Notes under the pieces: model-generated
The model's database searches: none
The model's input: only the letters and a program-made list of their open reading frames with translations
What the model was told of the DNA's origin: nothing
In this document: one piece after another, positions 12,735-24,224 of the stretch
Numbering within the stretch: position 1 is the stretch's first letter
Layout of the letters: each line of letters opens with the position of its first letter
Position numbers and translations under genes: made by a program
Source: Podarcis erhardii
Taxonomy: Eukaryota
NCBI GenBank assembly: GCA_964252035.1
Contig: OZ176208.1
Length of the DNA stretch: 64,000 nt
Reading direction: 5' to 3' (one strand)

Positions 12735-14598
12735 TAAAAATGGCAACCAACTGGAATCAGTTGTGAAAACTTCAAAGACGTATTTAAAACAAAGAGGTAT
12801 TAAAAGCAAAAAATGAAGACGTTGAAAGGGTTGCCAGCAGGTTAAAAAGTCTTGAGCTCAGTTCCTTTTTCTTCAGTGCTGTGGTTTATAATTGGATTCT
12901 TTATTATCTCAGTTCTTCTGGTGTTAAAAGAAAAGGGAGTTCTGCAAATACTGCTGTTTGTAGCATTCACTTGCAGAAGCTGCTTCTTCTTCTTAATGAA
13001 TTTCGTCCACAAAATGCTCTGTATTTGCATCTGGACACTTCCATCAACCTCGCTGGGGTAGGTATTGCCATGGCTAGAGACAGTGTTTGGTGGTGTAAAG
13101 GTTGTGCCATCTAAGCGTTATTGAATAGTGGATTTAGTGGTGATTCAGTAGATCAGTTTTGCTTGCTCATCCAACAGAACTGATCAATTTGTCATCATTT
13201 CAGATAGAGAAGTTTTCCTGCAGGTCAGATTAGCTTGTGACACTGTCTGATAAGGGAGTAGAGGAATGATGTTCACCAGCGATTGCATCTGTTATGTCTT
13301 CTTTAGCTGACACATGAGTGAGTCAACTGGAGCTAGTATTTACTCAGCTGTTTGTCCTGCCCTTGTCTCAAGGAGGTGCCCACCAGGAGCAAGACGAGCT
13401 GCATGTCACAGTACCAAGGAGAGCTCCTGGTGTGAGCAACTTTGTCCAAGGAGAACTAGTGGTGAACTGAGGCCTTTTGAACTGAGATCTCCTATCTGCC
13501 TCTGTTCTACTCTGTCCCCTTTTTTGGCTAACTGCAGATTTTTACAGAACTAATTCTCTGCTTGAAGATGAATGCTCACTAAATGGCCTTCTGCCTAGTG
13601 GAATGCCTGCATCATTGGATTTGCGAAACAGAATGTGGAAGGCACTCACTTTCTCAGGCCCAAGGAAACCCACCTATGAAAGTCCTTGCTCTGGTTCTGT
13701 GGCTCCAGGTATTGCGGGGTCTGGTTAAACAGGTTCTTGATGGGCAAGCCGGGGTTCAATGCCCTGATATCACCGATATCAGGCTCAGAGTCAGGAATGT
13801 AGACTACCTCCTCAGCTGGTGCCATTGTAGTGTCTAAATTGGTCTCTAAATCTAGTTACTGCTGGACTCTGAGGTCATAACACTATGAGTGCTGCAGCTT
13901 CTTCCTGACTGTGATGCAATGTTGTCAAGATTGTGATAGCTGATTTCTAATTGTAGGAGTTGTAGAACTTACTTGTGATGGTGTACCTAGTTTTCTTTTT
14001 ACCTCTTCTACCTCTGAGTCTATGCTGAACAAAACTGTACTCCCTAATCTGTACTCCCTAATCAAAACTGTACTCCACCTCAGCACAAAAGACTCCAAGG
14101 AGGCCCGGAACACTGCTGCTGCCGCTTTGCCGGTGAGTCTTGGGGAGGACCGCTCCCCCTGCAAGCCCATTCTCCACCTTGGGCCTGGGGGCGGGCCCCA
14201 GACTCCATCTCAGCATTGGAGCCCTTGGAATCATTGCTGCTGCCGCTTTGCCGTGCATCTGTGGGGAGGGCTCTTCCCCCTGCAGGCCCACTTTCCATCA
14301 GGCCAGGGGGCGGGGCCCACGCTTACCACTGCCGCAGCTTTGGGGGACACTAGTGCTGCTGCAGTGGTTGTTTGAAGTGTTTTTATATGTTTTAAACGGT
14401 TTTTATTTTTTGCTTAGTTGTACCACCATAAGCGGTGGTTTTTATCTATGTATTTTTATTTTGTTTTGGTTTATTTTGGGTCAGGGTTTTTTTGTTTTGG
14501 TTTATTTTGGGTCAGGGTTGGGTGGTTGTGGAGTGGGGTGGGGATTGGTTTTGCTTTCATGTAATTGTTTTTTATTTGTTTGTTTTTATATTCTGTAA

Positions 14599-17571
14599 AT
14601 GGAGGCGAATATTAGGCTTGGGATTCCTACTGTGCAGGGGCGAGGGAGGTATGGCGGTGGGGGCAGATGTCATAGGCGAAGGGGATCGAGATACGGATAT
14701 GCTCGTACCCCTTCCAATCTGCGCCCCATCCCGAGAGACGAGGGTAGGGTGAGCAAGGATTACTCACCTCCGTCACTGGTGTTGTGCAATGCCAGGTCTA
14801 TAGGCAACAAAACCGCCACCCTGCGAGATTTCTTCACCTCGCAGGGGGTTGACCTGGCATGTGTGACTGAGACCTGGGTGCGTGAAGGGGATACTGTTCC
14901 CTTACGAGAGATGGCGCCCCCGGGTTTCTCCGTCCTTCACCAGTCGCGGACTGTGGGCCGGGGGGGAGGGGTGGCGTTATTAATCCGGGAAGATTGTTCT
15001 TTCAGGGCTCTACCATCGCCATCGATCCCCGGCATTGAATGTGTTGGCCTAGTGTGGGGCTCCGAGGTGAGCTTGGCTGTCTGGCTGGTGTACCGGCCAC
15101 CTAGCACACCAGCAGCCACCCTGTCAGGCCTGCTGGAGGCGGTGGCTGGCTGGGCCTTGGAGTTCCCTAACCTATTGGTATTGGGGGACTTCAACATCCA
15201 TGCTGATGCCACTCCCTCCTCACAGGCTCTGGACCTGGTGTCTTCCATGGCGACACTAGGGCTCTCCCAGTTTGTTTCGGGCCCCACACATCAAGCAGGC
15301 CACACGCTGGATTTGATCTTTGGCATCGGTATAGATGTGATCATGTTTCCTTCAATGAAGGTGCCATGGTCTGATCACTATGCTCTGAAAGCCAGGATTG
15401 ACGTTCCACCCCCACCCTGCTTGGGTGGCGAGCCAATTTGGGCTCGCCCGCAGAGGCTGATGGACCCTGATAGATTCCGTCAAGCCTTGCGGGACCTTTC
15501 TCCCCCTGGCGACTCATTGACTGAGCTTGTTGAGGCCTGGAACACCCAGCTCCTGGCAGCCATCGATGAGATCGCACCTAAGCGCCCTCTGCGACCCCGC
15601 AGAAACCGGGCTCCCTGGTTTACCGAGGAGCTCCGGAAAATGAAGCGGGACCTCAGACGGCTAGAGCGAGTATGGCGGGGTGCCCGTGACGGAGCTTCAA
15701 GAACATCTTATAGGGTTTTTATGAAAACCTATGAGATGGCAGTGAAGGCCGCCAAGAAGTCCTACTTCTCGGCCTCCATTGCATCCGCTAGCTCTCGCCC
15801 GGCGCAATTATTTAGTATAATTCGGTCTTTAACGTCCCTTGAAGGACAGCCAAATTTAAATAACAATTCGACACACAGCTGTGAGGCATTCGCGAGCTTT
15901 TTTGCGGAGAAGGTCTTGTTGCTCCGCCATGACCTCCCTGCCAATTTGGATACAATAAAGGAACTGGAGGCCCCTCGACTGTCCTCGGGTTCAGTATTAG
16001 ACCACTTTGACTGGATATCCCCAGCTGATGTGGACAGACTCCTCCGAGCTGGAAAGCCCACCACCTGTCCTCTCGACCCGTGCCCGTCCTGGCTGATTAG
16101 AGCGTGTCCAGACGAGGTGCGGGGCCCCCTGGGGGATATCATCAATCTGTCTCTTGGCGCTGGGACATTCCCAGGGGAACTGAAGGAGGCAGTGGTGCGC
16201 CCGCTCTTAAAGAAAACATCATTAGATCCTTTAGATCTATCCAATTACCGCCCGGTTTCGAATCTTCCATTCCTGGGTAAGGTGATTGAGAGAGCGGTTG
16301 CTGAACAGCTTGGTAGGTTTCTGGATGAAACATCAGCTCTGGATCCATTCCAGTCCGGCTTCCGCGCTGGTCATGGGACCGAGACGGCTCTGGTCGCCCT
16401 AACAGATGATCTCCGCAGGCAGCTGGATCGAGGCGGGTCGGGGCTGCTGATTCTTCTAGACCTGTCAGCAGCCTTCGACATGGTCGATCACGAACTCCTA
16501 GACCACCGCCTTGCCGACGTGGGGATCCAGGGCACAGTCCTTCAATGGCTGCGCTCGTTTCTCTCTGGTCGGGGACAGAGGGTGGCGCTTGGGGGGGAAT
16601 TGTCATCCCGCCACTCCTTGGTGTGTGGTGTGCCCCAGGGTGCAATACTCTCCCCGATGCTTTTTAACATCTTTATGCGCCCCCTCGCCCAGCTTGTCCG
16701 GAGTTTTGGGCTGGGCTGCCATCAGTATGCTGATGACACCCAACTCTATCTGTTGATGGACGGCCACCCGGACTCGGCCCCAGACACACTGATCAGATGC
16801 TTGGAGGCTGTGGCTGGATGGTTTCGTGGGAGCCGGTTGAAGTTAAATCCTTCGAAGACAGAGGTCCTCTGGCTGGGACGGGACGACTTGGGACTGAGGG
16901 GGCAACTCCCATTTCTTGCGGGGGTGCAATTAGTGCCAGCACCGTCCGTTAAGAGTTTGGGTGTAATCTTCGATACCTCCCTCTCTATGGAGGCGCAGAT
17001 TGCAGCTATAACAAAGGCGGCATTTTTTCATCTCCGCCAAGCTAAGCAGTTGGCTCCTTACCTCTCTCGCCCTGACCTAGCCACTGTGATCCACGCGACG
17101 GTCACCTCCAGACTGGATTATTGTAACTCGCTCTACGTGGGGCTGCCCTTGAGACTGACCCAGAAACTCCAACGGGTGCAGAATGCCGCAGCGAGACTCC
17201 TTACGGGGTCTTCGCTTAGAGATCACATTCATCCGGTGCTATACAAGCTGCACTGGCTCCCGGTGGAGTACAGGATCAGGTTTAAGGTGCTGGTTTTAAC
17301 CTTCAAAGCCCTATACGGCCTAGGGCCCTCGTACCTACGGGACCGCCTCTCCTGGTATGCCCCACAGAGGAACTTACGGTCTTCAAATAAAAACACCTTG
17401 AAGGTCCCAAGCCACAGAGAGGTTAGGCTGGCCTCAACCAGAGCCAGGGCTTTTTCGGCTGCGGCTCCAACCTGGTGGAACGCTCTGTCACAAGAGACAA
17501 GGGCCCTGCAGGACTTGACATCTTTCCGCAGGGCCTGCAAGACAGAGCTGTTCCACCTGGCCTTTTGTTAG
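14599..17571 (+). CDS. L2 LINE ORF2: APE-type endonuclease + reverse transcriptase, 990 aa, uninterrupted
   Basis: EN motifs LCNARS, VTETW, VYRPP, LGDFNIH, GHTLDLIF, SDH; RT motifs LDLSAAFDMVDH, GVPQGAILSP, YADDTQLY; L2-type C-terminus RLDYCNSLYVGLP...LHWLPV; no stop or frameshift. Confidence 0.95.
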   Translation: MEANIRLGIPTVQGRGRYGGGGRCHRRRGSRYGYARTPSNLRPIPRDEGRVSKDYSPPSLVLCNARSIGNKTATLRDFFTSQGVDLACVTETWVREGDTVPLREMAPPGFSVLHQSRTVGRGGGVALLIREDCSFRALPSPSIPGIECVGLVWGSEVSLAVWLVYRPPSTPAATLSGLLEAVAGWALEFPNLLVLGDFNIHADATPSSQALDLVSSMATLGLSQFVSGPTHQAGHTLDLIFGIGIDVIMFPSMKVPWSDHYALKARIDVPPPPCLGGEPIWARPQRLMDPDRFRQALRDLSPPGDSLTELVEAWNTQLLAAIDEIAPKRPLRPRRNRAPWFTEELRKMKRDLRRLERVWRGARDGASRTSYRVFMKTYEMAVKAAKKSYFSASIASASSRPAQLFSIIRSLTSLEGQPNLNNNSTHSCEAFASFFAEKVLLLRHDLPANLDTIKELEAPRLSSGSVLDHFDWISPADVDRLLRAGKPTTCPLDPCPSWLIRACPDEVRGPLGDIINLSLGAGTFPGELKEAVVRPLLKKTSLDPLDLSNYRPVSNLPFLGKVIERAVAEQLGRFLDETSALDPFQSGFRAGHGTETALVALTDDLRRQLDRGGSGLLILLDLSAAFDMVDHELLDHRLADVGIQGTVLQWLRSFLSGRGQRVALGGELSSRHSLVCGVPQGAILSPMLFNIFMRPLAQLVRSFGLGCHQYADDTQLYLLMDGHPDSAPDTLIRCLEAVAGWFRGSRLKLNPSKTEVLWLGRDDLGLRGQLPFLAGVQLVPAPSVKSLGVIFDTSLSMEAQIAAITKAAFFHLRQAKQLAPYLSRPDLATVIHATVTSRLDYCNSLYVGLPLRLTQKLQRVQNAAARLLTGSSLRDHIHPVLYKLHWLPVEYRIRFKVLVLTFKALYGLGPSYLRDRLSWYAPQRNLRSSNKNTLKVPSHREVRLASTRARAFSAAAPTWWNALSQETRALQDLTSFRRACKTELFHLAFC

Positions 17572-17692
17572 GGCGCAGCCTGACTCCCTCCTTTGGCAAT
17601 CTTTTCAAGACTTTAGCTTATGGTTGCCATTAATTTTGTTTTTAACTCATTTTTATAATGTTTTATAATGTTGTATTGTTTTAGTGTTGTTA

Positions 17693-17727
17693 GCCGCCCT
17701 GAGCCCGGCTTCGGCTGGGGAGGGCGG
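17693..17727 (+). other. L2 3'-terminal RNA stem-loop (putative RT recognition element)
   Basis: ccgccct...agggcgg outer stem enclosing cccggc-TTCG-gctggg hairpin immediately before the tail; 3' stem-loops are the known cis element of L2/CR1-clade LINEs. Confidence 0.7.
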
Positions 17728-19742
17728 GATATAAATAAAATTTATTATTATTATTATTATTATTATTAATCATTAAATTTGCTACCCTATAAATGAACCT
17801 GCTTTGATTGTGGCTTGTGATTGAGAGGTATTTCAAGTTCATTCACATAAAGGGATGGTGCTTGAATAAAAATGAAGTCAAAAGCAGGTTAACTATGCCA
17901 TGAAAAGACAAAATTAGATTTTAATAAATCCTGTTGTAATCTATTGTTCTCCTTTTCAGGAAAAGCCACCTGGGTAATTAGGCTTTTGTAGGAGAGGGAA
18001 TGCTGCAGTAAGTAGCTCCACCCTTAGAAGCAATTGTCACAATTTGCCACAGTAACACAATAATGGGGGCACAGAGTGTTTCTAGAGGAGAAAGAGTGGA
18101 AGATGGATGTTTTAATTTCTCTAGCACCCAGTGTGCATACTCTCTACCTCAACACTTTGCTCCCAGCCAGGCTTATTTCCTGGTTTTTAGCCTAATTGTG
18201 TGTGTGCTTATAAATAAACTATTAAAACCACTTAAGCAGTATTTTGATGGCTGAATTGATGGGCAGGAGGAGGGTTAAACACGCCCTCACATCCCATTAA
18301 CATTAGGGAAGAAACATTGGGTTGGGAAATTCTCCCCAATCTAACATGCCATTCTGCCCTTTAAGTACAGACATTGTAATTTTTTTGTACAAGCTGGAAA
18401 AGGTTTGTGTACTTTTTTCTTCCTTTATTGCTCTAATACACCATTTCTTCTATATAGTTTTTATTTTTTAATGTGAGAATAATATGATATAGTACAAGCA
18501 GGAGAGGGTAAGGGGAATGTGGCTTGTCAGGATTTTTTAAAAAACGATACTTTTAAAGGAGTCTTGTATTTCTATCTAATGCTGGAGAATGAGCTGAGGG
18601 TGTCTGGTGAAATAGCAAACAAGAGCATTCCATTAATACCACGCTCTGAAATGCTGTATCTAATGTGGTAGCACATTCAGCCTTCCTGACACATCACACT
18701 TGTCAGATTTTAATAGGATGGAAGGGGTTCTCATTTGGGATGAACAAGAACTCCCAATTACATTCTGCTTCCATTCCAATTACAGTAGTCTGGGTGAGTG
18801 TGTGAGATGTCAATTAAGTGTGCCCCATTAAAATGAGTCTGCTTTGCACTGCCTAGTGTCATTGTGTGGATTTCAATGTCACACTACAGTTTAAGGCCTT
18901 TTGTGCAGCACTGGGTCAAAGTACATTGATTCGAGCTACTTAGCTAGTATGGAGAGGGACACACCTTTGTGACCCAGAACTCACTCTTCCTGAACATAAT
19001 AGTCACAGAGTCATTTTATTCTTTATACATTTTGTACTTTCATATTGTCAGAGATTGGTTTTCTCAATTTATATTTTATTTCATTCTGATACATTAACAG
19101 GGTTTAGATTTTAATTCTTATTTCCAGCCCCCAATCCCCTACTCCTCCCATGGCACACTTGTAAAGACATAAATGTCTTGCCTTAACTGGGGATCCTATT
19201 GCAGTCATAAAGCTGTTCTGTGGGCCCTTTGTAGTATTATTGCAAAGGTGACCTTCTGCCCTTCTAAGCTATGACAAGTTCTATTTTTAGGAGCGAAAGT
19301 GTTTGACACCAGAATGTACATAGCCCATCTGAACAACAACAAACAACTTGAATTGAGACAAAACTATAATTTCATGATGGTGGCAGATTTGTTCAAAACC
19401 ACAATCTGTTGAGTTTTGTTTTTGTGTTTTGTTTTATTTTAAAAAAAGCTTTAGAGAAGGAAAACCCTGCACTGAAAGAGGAAGTAGCATTTCAGGAGAT
19501 GTTCGGGTTTTAATTCCAGATTAAGCTTTGCTGTCGGAATGCCAATGCACTCACTTCCTAACCATAAAAAGATCCCAGCTCCTCACTTTAGATGATTGCT
19601 GGAATGGAAAGGCAAGCTTGCCATGGGGGAGAGAGAATAAAGTGCTAGAGATTAGAGCAATTTGAACTGATAACGAATGAAGACATGCATTTGCGTCAGA
19701 TTAATTCCCATTCTTAAGAGATTAAAGTGTGTCCATGTGGAA

Positions 19743-19745
<3 letters not shown>

Positions 19746-19816
<71 letters not shown>
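19746..19816. repeat. Compound (TC)n(CA)n microsatellite
   Basis: Direct sequence. Confidence 0.95.
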
Positions 19817-19818
<2 letters not shown>

Positions 19819-20446
19819 TTTGAATACTGTATATATTACTTCTAGGGTTTTAAAGTCAAGCTGTCTCTTAAGTGGATTCTTCTTCCACCATCATTGGTTG
19901 TGCTCTACTGACGTTGTCCTTTTTCTGCCAAGCAAAGTAGACGACATTAGAAGCGATGGACATTTTGAAGCAGGGAATTAATTTCTGAGCAGAGCAAGAT
20001 TCCAGGAGTTCCAGGCACTTACCCAGGGTTTGCGTTTCCTTTGGAATTAGGGACAGAGGAGACTGTCATGTCTCTATAATACATGGTTTATTTACCTATG
20101 ACGGAGGGGTTCACAGCATTAACTCCCCAAGAGGGTCTTGCTTCTTCACTCAGAGCCACAGCTTTGGATTCCAACAGAAATCAGACATGGCTCTGTCTCC
20201 CAGCTGCCCAGCCTGCAGCCCGCCAGCTTCTACCTTGTAGCTCACATGACACTCAACTCTGACTTTTGTATTAAGGGGGGGGGCACTCATTTGCTATCTG
20301 GCACAGAGCCACTAGCTTTGTTACCTTAATGACCCATACTTAGAGGGGGTATTACCAATAAACTTGTCTAGCTATTTCAACAATTTGAACCCTTGTTTAT
20401 ATTTTAACACTTGCTGGATCGAGGAATTAGAAGCATCTCTGACATG

Positions 20447-20653
20447 CAGCAGTACCTCGGGTTAAGTATTTAACTTAACCTGAAACTGTTCTTAACCTGA
20501 AGCACCACTTTAGCTAATGGGGCCTCCTGCTGCTGACGCGCCGACGGAGCCCGATTTCTGTTCTTATCCTGAAGCAAAGTTCTTAACCTGAAGCACTATT
20601 TCTAGGTTAGCGGAGTGTGTAACCTGAAGCGTATGTAACCCAAGGTACCACTG
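20447..20653 (-). mobile_element. Family A Tc1/mariner MITE, inverted copy with internal deletions
   Basis: cagcagtacctcgggttaa...taacccaaggtaccactg then TA; interior is the reverse complement of 43993-44234. Confidence 0.9.
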
Positions 20654-21844
20654 TACAGCCTACCCCCCCCCCGGCATACTCATAGCACTATGTTCCACCC
20701 CAGACCCTAAATTATGCCCTTTTGTTTCATGCATTCTTTAATTTAAAAATACTTCATCCCTCATAGCATCCTTAAGAGACTTTTCATTCTAAACTTCCAG
20801 TGTCCTAGAGCACAAATAGTCATTCCAAGCAAGGATCACCAGCATTTTGATGGCTTTTGGTAGTCCCCAGCGTTAACCACCTCATGTAGCAAAGACGCCT
20901 ACTGACACCCCTGGAGAACTGCTGTCTGTCAGAATAGATGGACTCAATAGACCCGATAGTCTCCCTCATTGTAAGAATGCCATAGTGAAGATGAAAACCT
21001 GCTCCTTTATGGGAGTGTGACCTCACCAAAACAGATTGAATATCACCTTCCCAGTCAGAGAAACCACCTCCCAGCAGAACCTCCATCATGTCTAGACTGA
21101 GCTCCGGTTTATTGTCCCTCCTCTGATCTACCACTGATTCTAGACATTTTTTCAGCTCTCTCCCCACCCCCACCCCGCCACTGCAGTCCCTCTTTTCTTT
21201 GCTGGCTTATGCCTGTTCTCAGGATCCAGTTAGTGTTTATTCTGTAGTCTCTTGAAGTTATGAATACAGTTCTCGCACACTCTTTAATGCAGATAAGAGC
21301 ATAAAAGGTTGCAATCTGGACAGCTGCCGCCCCCAATGGTTTCTGCACGTGCACTTTGACTTGTGTTTCTAGCATAAGCTCTTCATGTTGCAGCAGAAAC
21401 CACTTCAAAACTCCCTTGAATTTCAAAAGCGTCTATCAAGTGGCATGTTGACCTGCTTCTAGGGTGAGAGACTTGAACATAATTCTTGGTGTATGCAGAT
21501 TTTACTTTACAACTCTATGGATCATATGCCAGGGTTTAACTGTATTTTCTTCAGACTCATAACTTAGAAATGCAATAAATGTGCTCATGATTAACAGAGG
21601 TCCCCCCACCATTTTTCATTAAAGTAGGAATTCTGGACTTGTTAGCTCAGCTCTGACAACAAATAAGGATAATTTATCCATTACCTGAGCTCTTCTTGAA
21701 GCTAAAATATTGACTCATTAACAATAGTTTTGACATAGCATTGCCAATTAGAAAGGAAGGAATCTGGCTATTTAATGTGGGATCGTTTAAAACTAATGCT
21801 ATATTAAGGAAAAGTAGCTAGTACCATTCAGACATTCAGTTCAA

Positions 21845-21921
21845 CTGCTGCATTTTGCACCAGCTCCAGCTTCTGGACCAACCTCAAGGGCAGCCGTGCA
21901 TTGGGTGCATTACAGTAAACC
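21845..21921 (-). mobile_element. Short old L2 ORF2 fragment
   Basis: Minus strand reads YCNAPNARLPLRLVQKLELVQNAA, matching YCNSLYVGLPLRLTQKLQRVQNAA of the intact L2. Confidence 0.65.
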
Positions 21922-23162
21922 TGCCACCTAAAAGATGGGATGAAAATCCTCATAATAATTATTCTTTTAGAACCAGCATAAATGAAAGAACCTCAAGAAT
22001 TACTCTAATTGCTGTGATGTGGTAGTGGTTCCTTTTGTGGTTCTGCTCTGAAGTTCTACACAGAACATAATTCACCTGGGTATTTCTGAAACAGGTACAC
22101 AGATGAAGAGGCAACACAGGAATTGGATGTCACTCATTGAGTTGTGTCACTCACTAAACTGGAAAAGTCTCACTATCTGTAAAGCAGGCACATCTGTGCA
22201 CCTAAGAAGGCTGTATGGCTTCTTAATATGGCAATCCATTTGGACAGAGGTCTTCTCAGCTCTTTGAGAAATGACTATAACTGTATCCAAGCAATTTTGA
22301 AGCTGAAATGGCCCTCTTTTCACAACAATCTAAAAACATTTACAAGCAATTGCCCTTACTTTTAGTTGACTCTGCTATATTTGTTCACAATATATTCTAA
22401 ACTGTTCCACATGAGAAAAGAACTTTGAAAAGTTGTAAGATATCCAAAAGTGAGCATTCCATCTTATTTGTTCTTTAACTGTGCTCTGCATTTTCTGGTA
22501 ACCCTTTTTTAAAAAAATATATAGAGAGAGGCAAACAAATCTACGAACAGAGAATCAAGGAATTGTTATACTCAGGAGATACCTCTATATATGCACAGAA
22601 AGGGAGTGGAGAATAAATATGGCAAAAGTGGAAGAAGCTGACTGCACCTCCCTACGATAATTCTATAATTGATGTGTATGTGTATGAGAGAAGCTTCTGC
22701 TACTACACTTTAATTGCCTTTGCTAATGAGGACTCCTGGGTGGATCTAAATCTTAAGGGGTTTGCCAAAACTCTGTTTTGTGTTTGTTTATATACTGGTA
22801 AGATTCAAAAGGCCCATAGCTGTTCAGAAGTAAATAAAAATAAAAGTTAAAATACTGGAATGGAGTAAGGATTGTTGGTCTTTAACTTTGGAAGTTTGCC
22901 GCTACTTCCACAAACTTTTTTTTTTTTAAAAAAAAAAACAGTTCTACATGCAGAAGATTAAGAAGGCTGAAAAATCCCATGCATCTAAAACAATGATAGT
23001 TTTTAAAAAGTTATTTACTTAGGCATCACTGCACATGGGGAATTCACTTTTGGCACCTAGAAGTTATTGTTTTTTTCCATCATTGAAAATTAGGATCAAC
23101 TTGTACATTTGCAACAGGGGATGTACATGAAGTTATGCCAGCCACTGCAGCGTCCTAAACAC

Positions 23163-23605
23163 TGTGCATCCCTCCACTTATGTGGGGGTTACATTCTAAG
23201 CCCTAAGTGCATAAGTGAAAACCACGTAAGTCAGGAGCACCCTCTAAAAAGCCTATAAATGCCAATCACCCCCCCCCCACGCACACTCCCTCTCCACACA
23301 ACTTTCTCTTCAACTAGGGTTGAAGTTCTGGGGCCAGCTGGAACCTGGAAGACATGCAGAAAAGCAGCTGCACTACCCTGCACATCAGCTGTTAGGCGGG
23401 GAGGCTCAGCAGCTTAAACAAAGCCCGTTGCTCCTCTGGTCTCTTCCAGGTTTCCTCTGCCCTCACTGACATCCTCTTCGAACTCTGAGGAGGGCCTCCT
23501 CGCGAACCACAAGGACTCTCTCCTGCCATTTCCTGGTTTGAATCTGTTTATTTATTTCCCAGCACTGCGTGTATATGCAGTCGAGCATGAGTGGGGGGAC
23601 ACCTG
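23163..23605. mobile_element. Tigger/pogo-like MITE
   Basis: Left end ccctccacttatgtgggggttacattc...gtgaaaaccacgtaagtc; right end gagtggggggacacctg followed by TA; left end resembles the terminus at 28851. Confidence 0.65.
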
Positions 23606-23989
23606 TACTTCCCAGAGCTGCTTACCTATGATGGGGCACTGCTACAGAACAGCTTCTCTAGGTAGCTCAGCATAACGCAGTAAGATTAGTGCCAAAGGGA
23701 TGGTGGCTTCCTTCGGGTATCCCCCCTCCCCCACAGTTTTCTAGTCTGAATTTGTGCTTCAGAATTGCAGCCAAACAAGAAGCCTTTAGCCCTTTTGGTG
23801 ATCAGGATGATCTTGCAGCCAGCTACATTGTTTCCAAGGCAGTTGTGCCAGTTTCCTCTCTGAGAATAGCTATTTGTTGAAATGTTTGGATTTAAAGTAA
23901 GATGACCCAGCAAAAAGTCTAGCAGTTCACATGGCACAAACTCCTTGTTGTTATTACACACACTTTCTCTTTTTGTAAACAGCTTTAAG

Positions 23990-24026
23990 GTTTGTTTGTT
24001 TGTTTGTTTGTTTGTTTGTTTGTTTG
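23990..24026. repeat. (TTTG)n microsatellite
   Basis: Direct sequence. Confidence 0.95.
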
Positions 24027-24086
24027 AATCCAGCATTATATTAACAACAACAAGAACAACAACATCTCTTCACTCCCTTTGTCAAG

Positions 24087-24224
24087 GATGAGGATGGGAA
24101 ACTTGTGGTCACCCAGATGTTGTTGGACTCCCAACAGACCCAGTCAGCTTGGTTTGTTATCAGGGATGGTTGGAGTTGGAATCCAACAGCATATAGGTAG
24201 AGGGCCACAGGCTTCACATCCCTG
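24087..24224. mobile_element. Palindromic hAT-like MITE (family C)
   Basis: gatgggaaacttgtggtcacccagatgttgttgg...ccaacagcat...agggccacaggcttcacatccctg. Confidence 0.7.

Larger units (their letters stand above)
14030..17767 (+). mobile_element. L2-clade LINE, probably near full length (5' boundary approximate)
   Basis: Intact EN-RT ORF, ~200-bp 3'UTR ending in a stem-loop, then ataaataaaa and a (TTA)n tail at ~17742-17767. The 5' region has tandem GC-rich monomers and a T/G-rich spacer. No convincing TSD. Confidence 0.85.

Noticed and set aside
14022-14375. 117-aa ORF as L2 ORF1
   Set aside because: The two ~121-bp monomers are read in different frames and there is no ORF1-type motif, so coding constraint is unsupported (a uORF role is not excluded)
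14937-17608. Several antisense and alternate-frame ORFs within the L2
   Set aside because: Shadow ORFs of a GC-rich coding sequence
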